Of a stretch of 64,000 nucleotides of DNA, positions 1-8,892 are shown one piece after another. Location of the stretch: assembly GCF_026626685.1 (NCBI RefSeq), contig NZ_JAPNJX010000021.1, positions 41,329 to 105,328 on the forward strand. Reading direction: 5' to 3'. The stretch's first letter is position 1. Every line of letters begins with the position of its first letter. The position numbers were made by a program, and so were the translations under genes. The stretch comes from Nannocystis sp. SCPEA4. Lineage in GTDB: Bacteria; Myxococcota_A; Polyangia; Nannocystales; Nannocystaceae. The notes below the pieces were generated by a model that saw only the letters and a program-made list of their open reading frames with translations, ran no database searches and was not told the origin of the DNA.

Positions 1-370
1 TGTGAGCATCGGCGCGTGACCTCGATCGCCGCAGCGATCGCCGCCCGAGGGTGTGGTTACGCCGCTGCCGTCCGTCGTGGCCGCACTGTCGATGTTGTCG
101 ATCGACGCGCGTGACCTCGCCGGTCGCGCGTCACGAGCAATGTGGCTTGAGCCTGCGAGTCGAGCCACCGAAGCCGCTCAACTGCCTGACCGTCCCGCCC
201 CACGTCGTCGGCCTCGCCCTGCGGCCCGTCCGCATCCCCCGCGCGGTCGACGAGCTGCGCCCGGGAATTTCCGGGGCCTTCATCGCCGCATCGCGGACTC
301 GCGGCCCGCACGTGACCCTTCGGCGGCGTCGCTCGACCGATCGACGAACGTGGAGTAAGACCAGCGCGTC

Positions 371-1495
371 ATGCTCCGCCCCTCGGTCGCCGACATCGCC
401 TTCGACGCCGCCCTGTTCGACGCCCTCCGTGCCGCCCTGGCTCGCGGCGAGCTGAGCCCCACGCGTTCGCGCTTGTCGGCGCCGCCACGGCCGCTCGGCG
501 AGGGCGACCTGCTCGACCTCGACCGCGCCGACGCGCGCCCGCGCTGGCGCGAGCGCGGCGAGGCGGCCCTGGGCGCGCGCAAGGTCGCGGCCCTGATCCT
601 CAACGGCGGCATGGCCACTCGCTTCGGCGGCGTGGTCAAGGGCGTGGTCCCGGTGCTACCCGATCGACCTGACCTTTCGTTCCTGGCCGTCAAGCTCGCC
701 GGGGTCCGCGCCGCCGGCGTCCCCGCGGTCGTCATGCACAGCTTCGCCACTGCGGCCGCCTCGGGTGATCACCTGGCGACCATCGGTTGGTCGGGCGTGC
801 CGGCGAGCGACCGTCTCGAGTTCCTGCAGTCGCTGCTCCCGCGCGTCCTGCCCGACGGCACCCCGCTGCTGAGCCTGCCGGGCGCCCACGCCCTGCCCGA
901 CACCACCGTCTACGCCGCGCCCGGCCACGGCGACACCCTCCGCCGCGTGCGTGACAGCGGCGTCGTCGCCGAGCTGCGCGCCCGCGGGGTCGAGCACGTC
1001 CTCGTCTCCAACGTCGACAACCTCGGCGCCTCGCTCGACCCGACGATCCTGGGCGCGCACCTCGAGGCCGTCGAGGCCGGCGCCGAGCTCAGCGTCGAGG
1101 TCGTCCCGCGCGCCCCCGACGACGCCGGCGGCTGCGTCGCCGAGGTCGACGGCCGCCCGATCATCGTCGAGTCGTTCCGCCTGCCCCCGGGGACAGCCCT
1201 CGATCAGTACCCGCACTTCAACACCAACACCCTGTGGATCTCGCTGAAGGCGCTCGAGCGCACGCACCCGCTGACGTGGTTCCCGGTCGAGCGCACCATC
1301 GAGTGGCCTGGCCGAGAGGACATGTCCGTCGTGCAATTCGAGCAGCTGATCGGCCAGCTCACCGAGTTCGCGCGCACCGCCTGCCTGCTGGTCGATCGCC
1401 GCCGCTTCTTGCCGATCAAGACGCGCGCCGACCTGGCCCAGGCGCGCCCGGCGATGGCCGAGATCGTCCGCGGCGTCGGCCTCGACCCCCGCTGA
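371..1495 (+). CDS. UDPGP-family nucleotide-sugar pyrophosphorylase (UTP-glucose-1-phosphate uridylyltransferase-like)
   Basis: 374 aa. Pyrophosphorylase motif ILNGGMATRFGG resembles the LNGGLGTxMG loop of eukaryotic-type UGPase/UAP family. GC3-rich codon usage. Sits upstream of pgi. Confidence 0.55.
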   Translation: MLRPSVADIAFDAALFDALRAALARGELSPTRSRLSAPPRPLGEGDLLDLDRADARPRWRERGEAALGARKVAALILNGGMATRFGGVVKGVVPVLPDRPDLSFLAVKLAGVRAAGVPAVVMHSFATAAASGDHLATIGWSGVPASDRLEFLQSLLPRVLPDGTPLLSLPGAHALPDTTVYAAPGHGDTLRRVRDSGVVAELRARGVEHVLVSNVDNLGASLDPTILGAHLEAVEAGAELSVEVVPRAPDDAGGCVAEVDGRPIIVESFRLPPGTALDQYPHFNTNTLWISLKALERTHPLTWFPVERTIEWPGREDMSVVQFEQLIGQLTEFARTACLLVDRRRFLPIKTRADLAQARPAMAEIVRGVGLDPR

Positions 1496-1568
1496 CCCAC
1501 CGCCTCATCGGGCGTGGGGCAGCTCTGGACAACGCCGTCCGCCCGCCCCGGAGCAACCTCGACGCGAA

Positions 1569-1865
1569 GCACATCGTCGCGTCGCGAGCGAGCGCCGGAT
1601 ACGACGCCCAGAGGTCCGTCCGAGGGATGGCCGGCCCCGGCCGTCCCTCGGGCGGAATGCACCTGCGCGAAGAGACAGCTCCCAGCGAAGCCCGCGACCG
1701 GCGCTCGGGCCACCCACGAGTGGGCCGTGCCAGCGGTCGGGGATGCGGTCCTTCGACCATCCGCAGCGAGATGGGCCCGACGAAGGAGGGTCCATCCGCG
1801 AGGACTGGGCGGAGGACCGCATCCCCGACCGCACGCGAGGCGCATTCGGCAGTTCGCGAAGCACG
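1569..1865 (+). repeat. Copy A of a ~297 bp structured interspersed repeat element
   Basis: Near-identical to 6651-6950 (reverse orientation) and 61172-61466. Contains two strong hairpins: ccgagggatggccgg/ccggccgtccctcgg, and gtcggggatgcggtcc...ggaccgcatccccgac flanking ~65 bp. Confidence 0.8.
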
Positions 1866-2000
1866 AACATCAGGCCGCCGCGAACCACGACCAAGCCGCC
1901 GCGAATCACGAACAGCCCGCCGCGAACCCCGAACACCAGGCCGCCGCGAACCACGACCAAGCCGCCGCGAACCAAGCCACCGGCCCCAGCCGAGCCAGCC
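1866..2000 (+). repeat. Tandem ~21 bp repeat (caagccgccgcgaaccacgac) x about 5-6 abutting element copy A
   Basis: Direct reading: caggccgccgcgaaccacgaccaagccgccgcgaatcacgaacagcccgccgcgaacccc... The repeat is periodic. Confidence 0.7.
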
Positions 2001-2064
2001 GCCCGCCCGCAGCGGCTCGTCGACCCCAGCCGTCGCCCCGCGACGCTGCTATAAAGCCGCGCAC

Positions 2065-3654
2065 ATGGCCGACACACTCGACCACTACCTCACCTGGCGC
2101 CTTTACCGTGCCGAACTCGACATCGAGCTCGACTTCGCCGACGCCCAGCTCGACGAGCCCTCGCTGACTGCCAACGCCTCGCGGCTCGAGGCTGCGCTCG
2201 ACGCTCTCCACCGGATCGAGGGCGGCGCCGTCGCCAACATCGACGAGGGGCGCATGGTCGGGCACTACTGGCTGCGCGACCCGGAGCGGGCGCCCGACCC
2301 CGAGATCGCCGTGGCGATCCACGCCAGCTGGCGGAACATCGAGGCCTTCGCGGCCGGCGTGCGCAGCGGCCAGATCGCCGGCGACGACGGGCGGCCGTTC
2401 ACCGGCGCGATCCTCGTCGGGATCGGCGGCAGCGCGCTCGGGCCGCAGCTGCTCGAGGCCGCGTTGACCCCGCGCGACAGCGGGCCCGGCTTCCGCCTGC
2501 GCGTGCTCGACAACACCGATCCCGCCGGCATCGCCGACCTGCTCGCAGAGACAGGTACTTTGGCGCAGACGCTGATCCTCGTCGTCTCCAAGTCGGGTTC
2601 GACCACCGAGACGCGCAACGGCATGCTCGAGCTGCGGGCCGCGTGTGCGCGCCAGGCGATCGAGTTCCCGAAGCGAGCCGTCGCCATCACCATGGAGGGC
2701 AGCCAGCTGGACGAGCTGGCGGCGCGCGAGGGCTGGCTGGCGCGCTTCCCGATGTGGGACTGGGTCGGCGGGCGCACCAGCGTCCTCTCGCCCGTCGGCC
2801 TGCTGCCGGCCGCGCTGCTCGGGCACGACTGGCGCGGCCTCTTGCGCGGGGCCGCGGCCATGGACCAGTGGGGCCGCGTGCGTCCGGCGCGGCGCAACCC
2901 GGCCGCGCTGCTGGCGTGGCTGTGGTACCAGCAGGGCCAGGGACATGGCCTTCGGGACATGGTCATTCTGCCATACAAAGATCGCCTGTCGCTGCTGTCG
3001 CGCTACCTGCAGCAGCTGGTGATGGAGTCGCTGGGCAAGCGGCTCGATCGCCAGGGGCGCGAGGTGTGGCAGGGCCTCGCGGTCTACGGCAACAAGGGCT
3101 CGACCGATCAGCACGCCTACGTGCAGCAGCTGCGCGACGGCCTTCACAACTTCTTCGCCGTGTTCGTGCGGGTGCTGCGCGACCTCGACGGTCAGGTCAC
3201 GGGTCCGGGCCAGGTCGAAGTCGAGCCGCGCGTGAGCTCGGGCGACTGCCTCGACGGCTTCTACCAGGGCACGCGCGCGGCGCTGGCCGAGCGCGGGCGC
3301 GCCAGCGCGACGCTCGTGCTGCGGGACGTCGACGCGGCCGCAGTGGGCGCCATGATCGCGCTGTTCGAACGCGCGGTCGGGATCTACGCCGAGCTGATCG
3401 ACGTCAACGCCTACCACCAGCCCGGCGTCGAGGCCGGCAAGCAGGCGGCGAAGGGCGTGCTGCAGCTGCAGGGCGCGGTGCTGTCGGCGCTGCCGGGCGG
3501 TCCTGGAGGCAAGACCTGTCGCGAGCTCGCGGAGGCGCTCGGCGCCGACCCCGTGGCCGTGTGGCAGGTCCTGCGCCACCTCGCCATCAACGGGCGCGTG
3601 AGCGTCGACAGCCTCGTCGATCCGGCGACTGCACAGTTCGCGCGCGCGCCCTGA
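2065..3654 (+). CDS. pgi: Glucose-6-phosphate isomerase
   Basis: 529 aa. PGI-family signatures present: ILVGIGGSALGP, LILVVSKSGSTTET, and C-terminal ...NAYHQPGVEAGK. ATG at 2065 is the first in-frame Met after the repeat element. Confidence 0.85.
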   Translation: MADTLDHYLTWRLYRAELDIELDFADAQLDEPSLTANASRLEAALDALHRIEGGAVANIDEGRMVGHYWLRDPERAPDPEIAVAIHASWRNIEAFAAGVRSGQIAGDDGRPFTGAILVGIGGSALGPQLLEAALTPRDSGPGFRLRVLDNTDPAGIADLLAETGTLAQTLILVVSKSGSTTETRNGMLELRAACARQAIEFPKRAVAITMEGSQLDELAAREGWLARFPMWDWVGGRTSVLSPVGLLPAALLGHDWRGLLRGAAAMDQWGRVRPARRNPAALLAWLWYQQGQGHGLRDMVILPYKDRLSLLSRYLQQLVMESLGKRLDRQGREVWQGLAVYGNKGSTDQHAYVQQLRDGLHNFFAVFVRVLRDLDGQVTGPGQVEVEPRVSSGDCLDGFYQGTRAALAERGRASATLVLRDVDAAAVGAMIALFERAVGIYAELIDVNAYHQPGVEAGKQAAKGVLQLQGAVLSALPGGPGGKTCRELAEALGADPVAVWQVLRHLAINGRVSVDSLVDPATAQFARAP

Positions 3655-3697
3655 CGCGCGAGACGTCGCGGGCGCGAGCGAGTATCCTCCCGCGCCC

Positions 3698-5113
3698 ATG
3701 TCCACGGTCCCGGGACTCCGCGCGCTCATCACCCTCGCCTGGCCGATCGTGCTCGCACGCTCGGCGCAGTCGGTGATCAGCTTCAGCGACGCGGCGATGG
3801 TCGCTCCGCTCGGCGACGACGCGCTCGCGGCCGCGACCACCGGGGCCCTGAACTCGTTCGCCCTCCTCGTGCTGCCGATGGGCATCACGTTCATCGTCCA
3901 GAGCTACGCGGCCCAGCTGGCCGGCCAGGGCGACCTCGTCAGCGCGCGCCGCTACGCCTGGTACGGCCTGTGGCTCGCCGTCCTGGCGATGATCGCGGGC
4001 GTCGCTGCGATCCCGGCGATCGACCCGCTCCTCTCGCTGACCGGCCACGCGCCGGCGGTGCGCGAGGTGATGGCCGACTACATGTCGATCCGCATCGTCA
4101 GCGCCGGCGTGGTCGTCGGCACCGAGGCGCTCGGCAACTGGTTCGCCGGCCTCGGCAACACGCAGGTGGCAATGCGCGCCAGCTTGACGGCGATGGTCGT
4201 CAACATCGTCGTCAACTGGGTCCTGATCTACGGCAACCTCGGCGCGCCGGCGCTCGGGGTTCAGGGCGCGGCGTGGGCCAGCGTGCTCGCCAGCGTCGCC
4301 GGCTTCGCCGTCGCCTGCCACGCGTTCTGGCGCGCGCGCAAGCAGACGGCCGTCGACCCCGCGACCATCGGCCCCGTCGAGCACGCCGTACCTGTCCTTG
4401 CAGCCAGCTCGGACGGCCGCCTCAACGCGCGCGAGTTCTCGCGGATGCTGCGGTTCGGCCTGCCGAACGGCCTCAACTGGTTCCTCGAGTTCGCGGCCTT
4501 CCTGATCTTCATCAACGTCGTGCTCGCCGAGCTCGGGACCGTCGCCGTCGCGGCGCTCATGGCGGTGAGCGCCGTCAACTCGGTGTCGTTCATGCCGGCG
4601 TTCGGCCTCGCCTCGGCGGGCGCCGTGCTGGTCGGTCAGGCGATCGGCGGCGGCCGCCACGACCAGGTGCCGCGGCTCGTGCGCCAGACCTTCTCGGTCA
4701 CCGCCTGCTGGCAAGGGCTGGTCGGCCTGCTCTACTTCGCCATCCCGGTGCCGTTGATGATGATCTTCGCCCGCGACGAGGTCGCGGGCTCGAGCGAAGT
4801 GGTGGTCCTCGGCGCCCAGCTGCTGGCGATCAGCGCGGTGTGGCAGCTCTCCGATGCCGCCGTGATGACGGTCAACGAGGCCCTGCGCGCCGCCGGCGAC
4901 ACCGCGTGGCCCCTCGCGGCCCGCATCACCGTCTCCTGGGTGATCTGGCTGCCACTGGCATGGCTCAGCGTGTTCGTGTGGAAGGGCGGCGCGGTCGCGG
5001 CGACGTGGAGCATGGTCGTGTACATGGTGTTCCTCGCGCTGGTGCTCGTGCTGCGCTTCCGCAACGGGGCATGGCGGCGCATCGACCTCACCGGCCAGGG
5101 CGCCACCGGCTAG
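3698..5113 (+). CDS. MATE family efflux transporter
   Basis: 471 aa, 12 predicted hydrophobic helices. N-terminus LITLAWPIVLARSAQSVISFSDAAMVAPLG is typical of the NorM/MATE family. Confidence 0.75.
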   Translation: MSTVPGLRALITLAWPIVLARSAQSVISFSDAAMVAPLGDDALAAATTGALNSFALLVLPMGITFIVQSYAAQLAGQGDLVSARRYAWYGLWLAVLAMIAGVAAIPAIDPLLSLTGHAPAVREVMADYMSIRIVSAGVVVGTEALGNWFAGLGNTQVAMRASLTAMVVNIVVNWVLIYGNLGAPALGVQGAAWASVLASVAGFAVACHAFWRARKQTAVDPATIGPVEHAVPVLAASSDGRLNAREFSRMLRFGLPNGLNWFLEFAAFLIFINVVLAELGTVAVAALMAVSAVNSVSFMPAFGLASAGAVLVGQAIGGGRHDQVPRLVRQTFSVTACWQGLVGLLYFAIPVPLMMIFARDEVAGSSEVVVLGAQLLAISAVWQLSDAAVMTVNEALRAAGDTAWPLAARITVSWVIWLPLAWLSVFVWKGGAVAATWSMVVYMVFLALVLVLRFRNGAWRRIDLTGQGATG

Positions 5114-5167
5114 CGCCGCGATCGCGGCACTTCGAGACTTCCTCGCGCCGGAGAACGAGCGAGGAAG

Positions 5168-6505
5168 TCAGTGGCACTGCAGCTCGCCGCGGGCCTGCGT
5201 CCAGTCGTGGCGCGCCAGCGCGTCGGCGGGGATCCAGAAGTAGAAGAAGCCGCCGTCCTGATTGAGCAGCAGGCCGTCCTGCTCGACGGCGTCGATCTGC
5301 AGCAGGAGCCGCCAGCGCAGTGACTGCTGCTGGATCTGCAGCGACTCCGCGGTGCCGTCCTCCCACCCCTCCCAGCCCTGCGGACGCGTGGCGATCTCGA
5401 TGTCGAGGTACGGGTCGCCCTGGATCGCCGCGGGGTGACCGAGCAGGCGGTGAAACGGACGCTCCGGCTCGTTGACCCGCTCGGCCCCGGCGATGAAGTA
5501 CGCGAGCGGCCCGGACGGGACGAGCTCCTCGCCGCTGCCCTGCCGACGCCCGCGGTGACAGGCGAGCACGCGCTCGAAGGGCAGCAGCGACTCGTAGAAG
5601 AAGTAGCTCTCGAGCGAGGGGAAGTGCACCTCGTCCTCGAGGTCGATCGCGTGAGCGCGCAACCTCTCGACCCCCGCGGGCACCGGACGCCGCGCGAGCT
5701 CGTCGAGGTCGGTGAAGTGCAGGACGCGGACGGGGTGGCCGCGGACGCCGTCAGGCGGGATCGGGGCGTAGAAGAAGCTCAGCAGGCCGTGCGCGGGCAG
5801 CTCGCCGGCGGCGGGCCGACCCGCGAGCTCGGCGAGGTCGAACTGGGCGACGAAGGTCAGCAGGACGCCGCCGTCCTCCGGCCACGCGAACGACGGCGGG
5901 AGGTCGGGGTCGCCGCCGAGGCGCGTCTGGCCGATCGGGCAGGTCGAATCGTCGTCCTCGTCGTCGGGGTCGAGGTGCAGCCGGAGCGCGGGACGAGCCA
6001 GCGCGCGCACCTCGGCGGCGTGTTCGGCGAGGCCGAGCGCCTCCAGCTCGTCGCGCCAGGCGGCTTCGCCGGCGGCCTCGTTCATGGCGGCCAAACGTTC
6101 GGGATCGCCGAGCGCAGCGGCGAATTCGTCGGCGTGCTGGAGCGCGTCGTCGGCGAGCAGGTCGGCGTAGGCGAACAGGTCGCAGGGCAACAGGGTGTCG
6201 GCGTCGTCGCCGTGGGCGGCGAGGATCGCCGGGATGGCGCGCAGGTTGCCCTCGAGGTAGGCCCGCAGGCGCGCCGGCGGGTGCTCGCGCTCGTCACCGA
6301 GGTAGACCTCCTGCTCCCGCACGTCGCGCGGGGTGTCGCTGTCGGGGGCATCGAAGTAGACGAGGGTGAGCGCGGCGCGGAGGTGGCCGTTCTCGTCGCG
6401 CCAGACCAGCTGGGGGTGGTCGGGGGCGAGCTGCAGGGCGATCGCGCCGGCGCGCTGGGGGAGGATGCGCTGGAACAGCTCGCGGAGGTCGTCTTGGGTG
6501 CTCAC
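5168..6505 (-). CDS. DUF1963 (YwqG-like) domain protein
   Basis: 445 aa. C-terminal block LGGDPDLPPSFAWP ... WRLLLQIDAVEQDG...GGFFYFWIPADAL matches DUF1963 conserved motifs. Confidence 0.55.
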   Translation of the reverse strand: MSTQDDLRELFQRILPQRAGAIALQLAPDHPQLVWRDENGHLRAALTLVYFDAPDSDTPRDVREQEVYLGDEREHPPARLRAYLEGNLRAIPAILAAHGDDADTLLPCDLFAYADLLADDALQHADEFAAALGDPERLAAMNEAAGEAAWRDELEALGLAEHAAEVRALARPALRLHLDPDDEDDDSTCPIGQTRLGGDPDLPPSFAWPEDGGVLLTFVAQFDLAELAGRPAAGELPAHGLLSFFYAPIPPDGVRGHPVRVLHFTDLDELARRPVPAGVERLRAHAIDLEDEVHFPSLESYFFYESLLPFERVLACHRGRRQGSGEELVPSGPLAYFIAGAERVNEPERPFHRLLGHPAAIQGDPYLDIEIATRPQGWEGWEDGTAESLQIQQQSLRWRLLLQIDAVEQDGLLLNQDGGFFYFWIPADALARHDWTQARGELQCH

Positions 6506-6650
6506 GCGGGGATTGTAGCGGCCGGCGGCGGGCTGCGCGAGCCTGTGCTTGTCGCTGGTGACGTCTGCTTATGGGGCGCTTGGGACATGTCCTTTTGAGC
6601 ATTGTCTTTTGGACATGACTGAATAGACAGTGTACTCGGCGGTGTGAGTG

Positions 6651-6950
6651 TCGTGCTTCGCGAACTGCCGAATGCGCCTCGCGGGCGGTCGGGGATGCGG
6701 TCCTCCGCCCAGTCCTCGCGGATGGACCCTCCTTCGTCGGGCCCATCTCGCTGCGGATGGTCGGAGGACCGCATCCCCGACCGCTGGCACGGCCCACTCG
6801 TGGGTGGCCCGAGCGCCGGTCGCGGGCTTCGCTGAGAGCTGTCTCTTCGAGCAGATTTATTCCGCCCGAGGGACGGCCGGGGCCGGCCATCCCTCGGACG
6901 GACCTCTGGGCGGAGTATCCGGCGCTCGCTCGTGACGCGACGATGTGCTG
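6651..6950 (-). repeat. Copy B of the ~297 bp structured interspersed element (inverted relative to copy A)
   Basis: The reverse complement aligns along its full length with 1569-1865 at more than 90 percent identity. Confidence 0.8.
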
Positions 6951-6952
6951 CG

Positions 6953-7145
6953 CGACAACCACGCGGTAACTCCGTCGCTCGCTCGTGACGCGACGATGAC
7001 TGCGAGACGACCGCGCTGCGACTCCGTCACTCGCTCCGCGACGACGTGCTGCACGACGACCATGCCGCGGCTCCGTCGCTCGCTCCGCGACGATCACTGC
7101 GCGACGACCACGCTGCGACTCCGTCGCTCGCTCCGCGACGATGAC
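6953..7145. repeat. Tandem ~42 bp repeat x about 4.5 abutting copy B
   Basis: Unit ...gcgacgaccacgctgcgactccgtcgctcgctccgcgacgatgactgc... The unit itself contains the terminal sequence of the element (cgctcgctcgtgacgcgacgatg). Confidence 0.75.
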
Positions 7146-7166
7146 TGCGAGACGACCGCGCCGGCG

Positions 7167-8159
7167 TCAGCGGCCGGTGAAGGCCGCCAACAGTTCGGCG
7201 GCGGCGTGGTCGGGGCTGAGGTGGCCGCTGCGGACGGCGGCTTCGAGCTCGGGGCGGCGGGCGAGCACGGCGGGGTCGGCGGCGAAGCGGCGCATCAGTT
7301 CGGCCTCGATGGCGCGCCACAGCCAGTAGACGTGCTGGGCCTCGCGCTGGGCCCGCCAGGCTGGACCTGACTGAAGGGCCAGGCGGTGACGCTCGACGGT
7401 CTGCCACAGCGCGGCGAGGCCGGCGCCCGTGACGGAGGAGGTGGTGACGACGGGCACGGACCAGCCGGGGTGCTTGGGGCGGATGAGGCGCATCGCCAGG
7501 GCGTACTCGGCGCGGGCGCGCTCGGCGGCGGCGGTGTTGTCGCCGTCGGCCTTGGTGATGGCGAGGATGTCGGCGAGCTCGAGGATCCCGCGCTTGATGC
7601 CCTGCAGCTCGTCGCCGGCGCCGGCGAGCATGAGGACGAGGAAGCAGTCGACGAGCTGGGCGACCATGACCTCGGACTGGCCGACGCCGACGGTCTCGAC
7701 GAGGACGACGTCGAAGCCGGCAGCCTCACACAAGAGCACGGTCTCGCGGGTGTGACGGGCGACGCCGCCGAGCTCGCCGAGCGAGGGCGAGGGTCGGATG
7801 AAGGCGCGAGGCTCGCGGGCCAGCTCCTGCATGCGCGTCTTGTCGCCGAGGATGCTGCCGCCGCTGCGCACGGAGCTGGGATCGACGGCCAGGACGGCGA
7901 CGCGACGGCCGAGGTCCCGCACGAGGTGGAGGCCGAGCGCCTCGATCAGCGTGCTCTTTCCAGCTCCGGGACTGCCGGTCACGCCGACGCGCAGCGAGCC
8001 GCCGGCGTCGGCCTGCAGCTCGGCCACCAGCTCACGCGCGAGCGCTTGATCGTCGGCGCGCTGGCTCTCGACCAATGTGATCGCCCGCGCCAGCACCGCT
8101 CGCTCGCCCGCCCTCACCCCCGCCGCGTACGCCTCGACGCTGAGCCGCCCCCGTGCCAT
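7167..8159 (-). CDS. meaB: Methylmalonyl-CoA mutase-associated GTPase MeaB/ArgK
   Basis: P-loop GVTGSPGAGKST, and VETVGVGQSE, ITKAD motifs typical of ArgK/MeaB G3E GTPases. Start chosen at MARGRL; the in-frame upstream extension is Arg-rich and unlikely to be coding. Confidence 0.8.
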   Translation of the reverse strand: MARGRLSVEAYAAGVRAGERAVLARAITLVESQRADDQALARELVAELQADAGGSLRVGVTGSPGAGKSTLIEALGLHLVRDLGRRVAVLAVDPSSVRSGGSILGDKTRMQELAREPRAFIRPSPSLGELGGVARHTRETVLLCEAAGFDVVLVETVGVGQSEVMVAQLVDCFLVLMLAGAGDELQGIKRGILELADILAITKADGDNTAAAERARAEYALAMRLIRPKHPGWSVPVVTTSSVTGAGLAALWQTVERHRLALQSGPAWRAQREAQHVYWLWRAIEAELMRRFAADPAVLARRPELEAAVRSGHLSPDHAAAELLAAFTGR

Positions 8160-8420
8160 CGCCGCCGCACCATACCCGCTGGCCGGTCGGCGCGACAAGC
8201 GGCGTGCCGCAAACATGTCTCTCGGGACCTGTCCCGTAGTGCCGAGACGCGGACGAGAGCGCATGCCGGACCGAAGAGCAACGCCGGCGCGGCAAAGAAC
8301 TGGCGAGGCTGCTCGAATGCCCGGTCGGGCGGTCAGAAAGCGCGACAGCCGACGCGGACGGCGCCGGCTCTCGCAAGGCGAAAGGCTCTATCAGGCTGCT
8401 CGGACGCGGCGGCTGGCGCG

Positions 8421-8648
8421 TCAGGGCGCCGCAGACGCTTGAGCGGCGGCACCACGGCTGGTCGGGCGGCTGTAGAACAGGGTGATGGTCAGGCAGTGGA
8501 ACTCGCTGTCGGAGCTCTGGGTGACCACCTTGTCGACGATCTCCACCCCGGGGTTGGCCTCGAGCCACTCGTTGATCCGATCGCTGATCTGCTCGCGCTC
8601 CCAAGCCTTGGTTGCCGAGAACACTTTGACTCCCGTAAATGCCACCAT
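8421..8648 (-). CDS. Small hypothetical protein (75 aa)
   Basis: Strong GC3 bias. GGGAGAGG Shine-Dalgarno 5 nt upstream of the ATG. MVAFTGVKVFSATKAWEREQISDRINEWLEANPGVEIVDKVV... No family recognised. Confidence 0.4.
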   Translation of the reverse strand: MVAFTGVKVFSATKAWEREQISDRINEWLEANPGVEIVDKVVTQSSDSEFHCLTITLFYSRPTSRGAAAQASAAP

Positions 8649-8892
8649 GTGCCTCTCCCTCTTGCAGCGCCCGGGGGATGTTGCGTCACAGCCAACCCCT
8701 CATGGGTCGCCGTCGCCGGAGGCGCCGCCCAGATCTGGCCACGAGGTATGGCAGAGGCTTCCGGGCGAATAAAGTTAAAAAGTGCGCACGGGCCCGCGGG
8801 CCGCGTGTCCGGAGCAGCCTATGCCGTTTTTGTAATTGAGCATGCAATTTGATCCGTCGAGTCTGCGACGAACTCGCCTACACTGCCGCGCC

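Noticed and set aside
1-370. Possible 3' end of an upstream gene or regulatory direct repeat (gcgcgtgacctcg x2)
   Set aside because: No ORF with convincing codon bias or motif. It cannot be interpreted without the upstream sequence.
1906-3894. 662 aa ORF on the minus strand opposite pgi
   Set aside because: Frame-shadow ORF typical of 70 percent GC DNA. The protein is Arg/Ala/Pro junk, and the opposite strand encodes a well-conserved PGI.
6644-6835. Small ORFs inside the repeat element (also 1743-2054 and 61186-61488)
   Set aside because: They are conserved only because the DNA element is repeated. The same DNA gives ORFs in several frames and strands, and none has a Shine-Dalgarno or coding-type substitution pattern.
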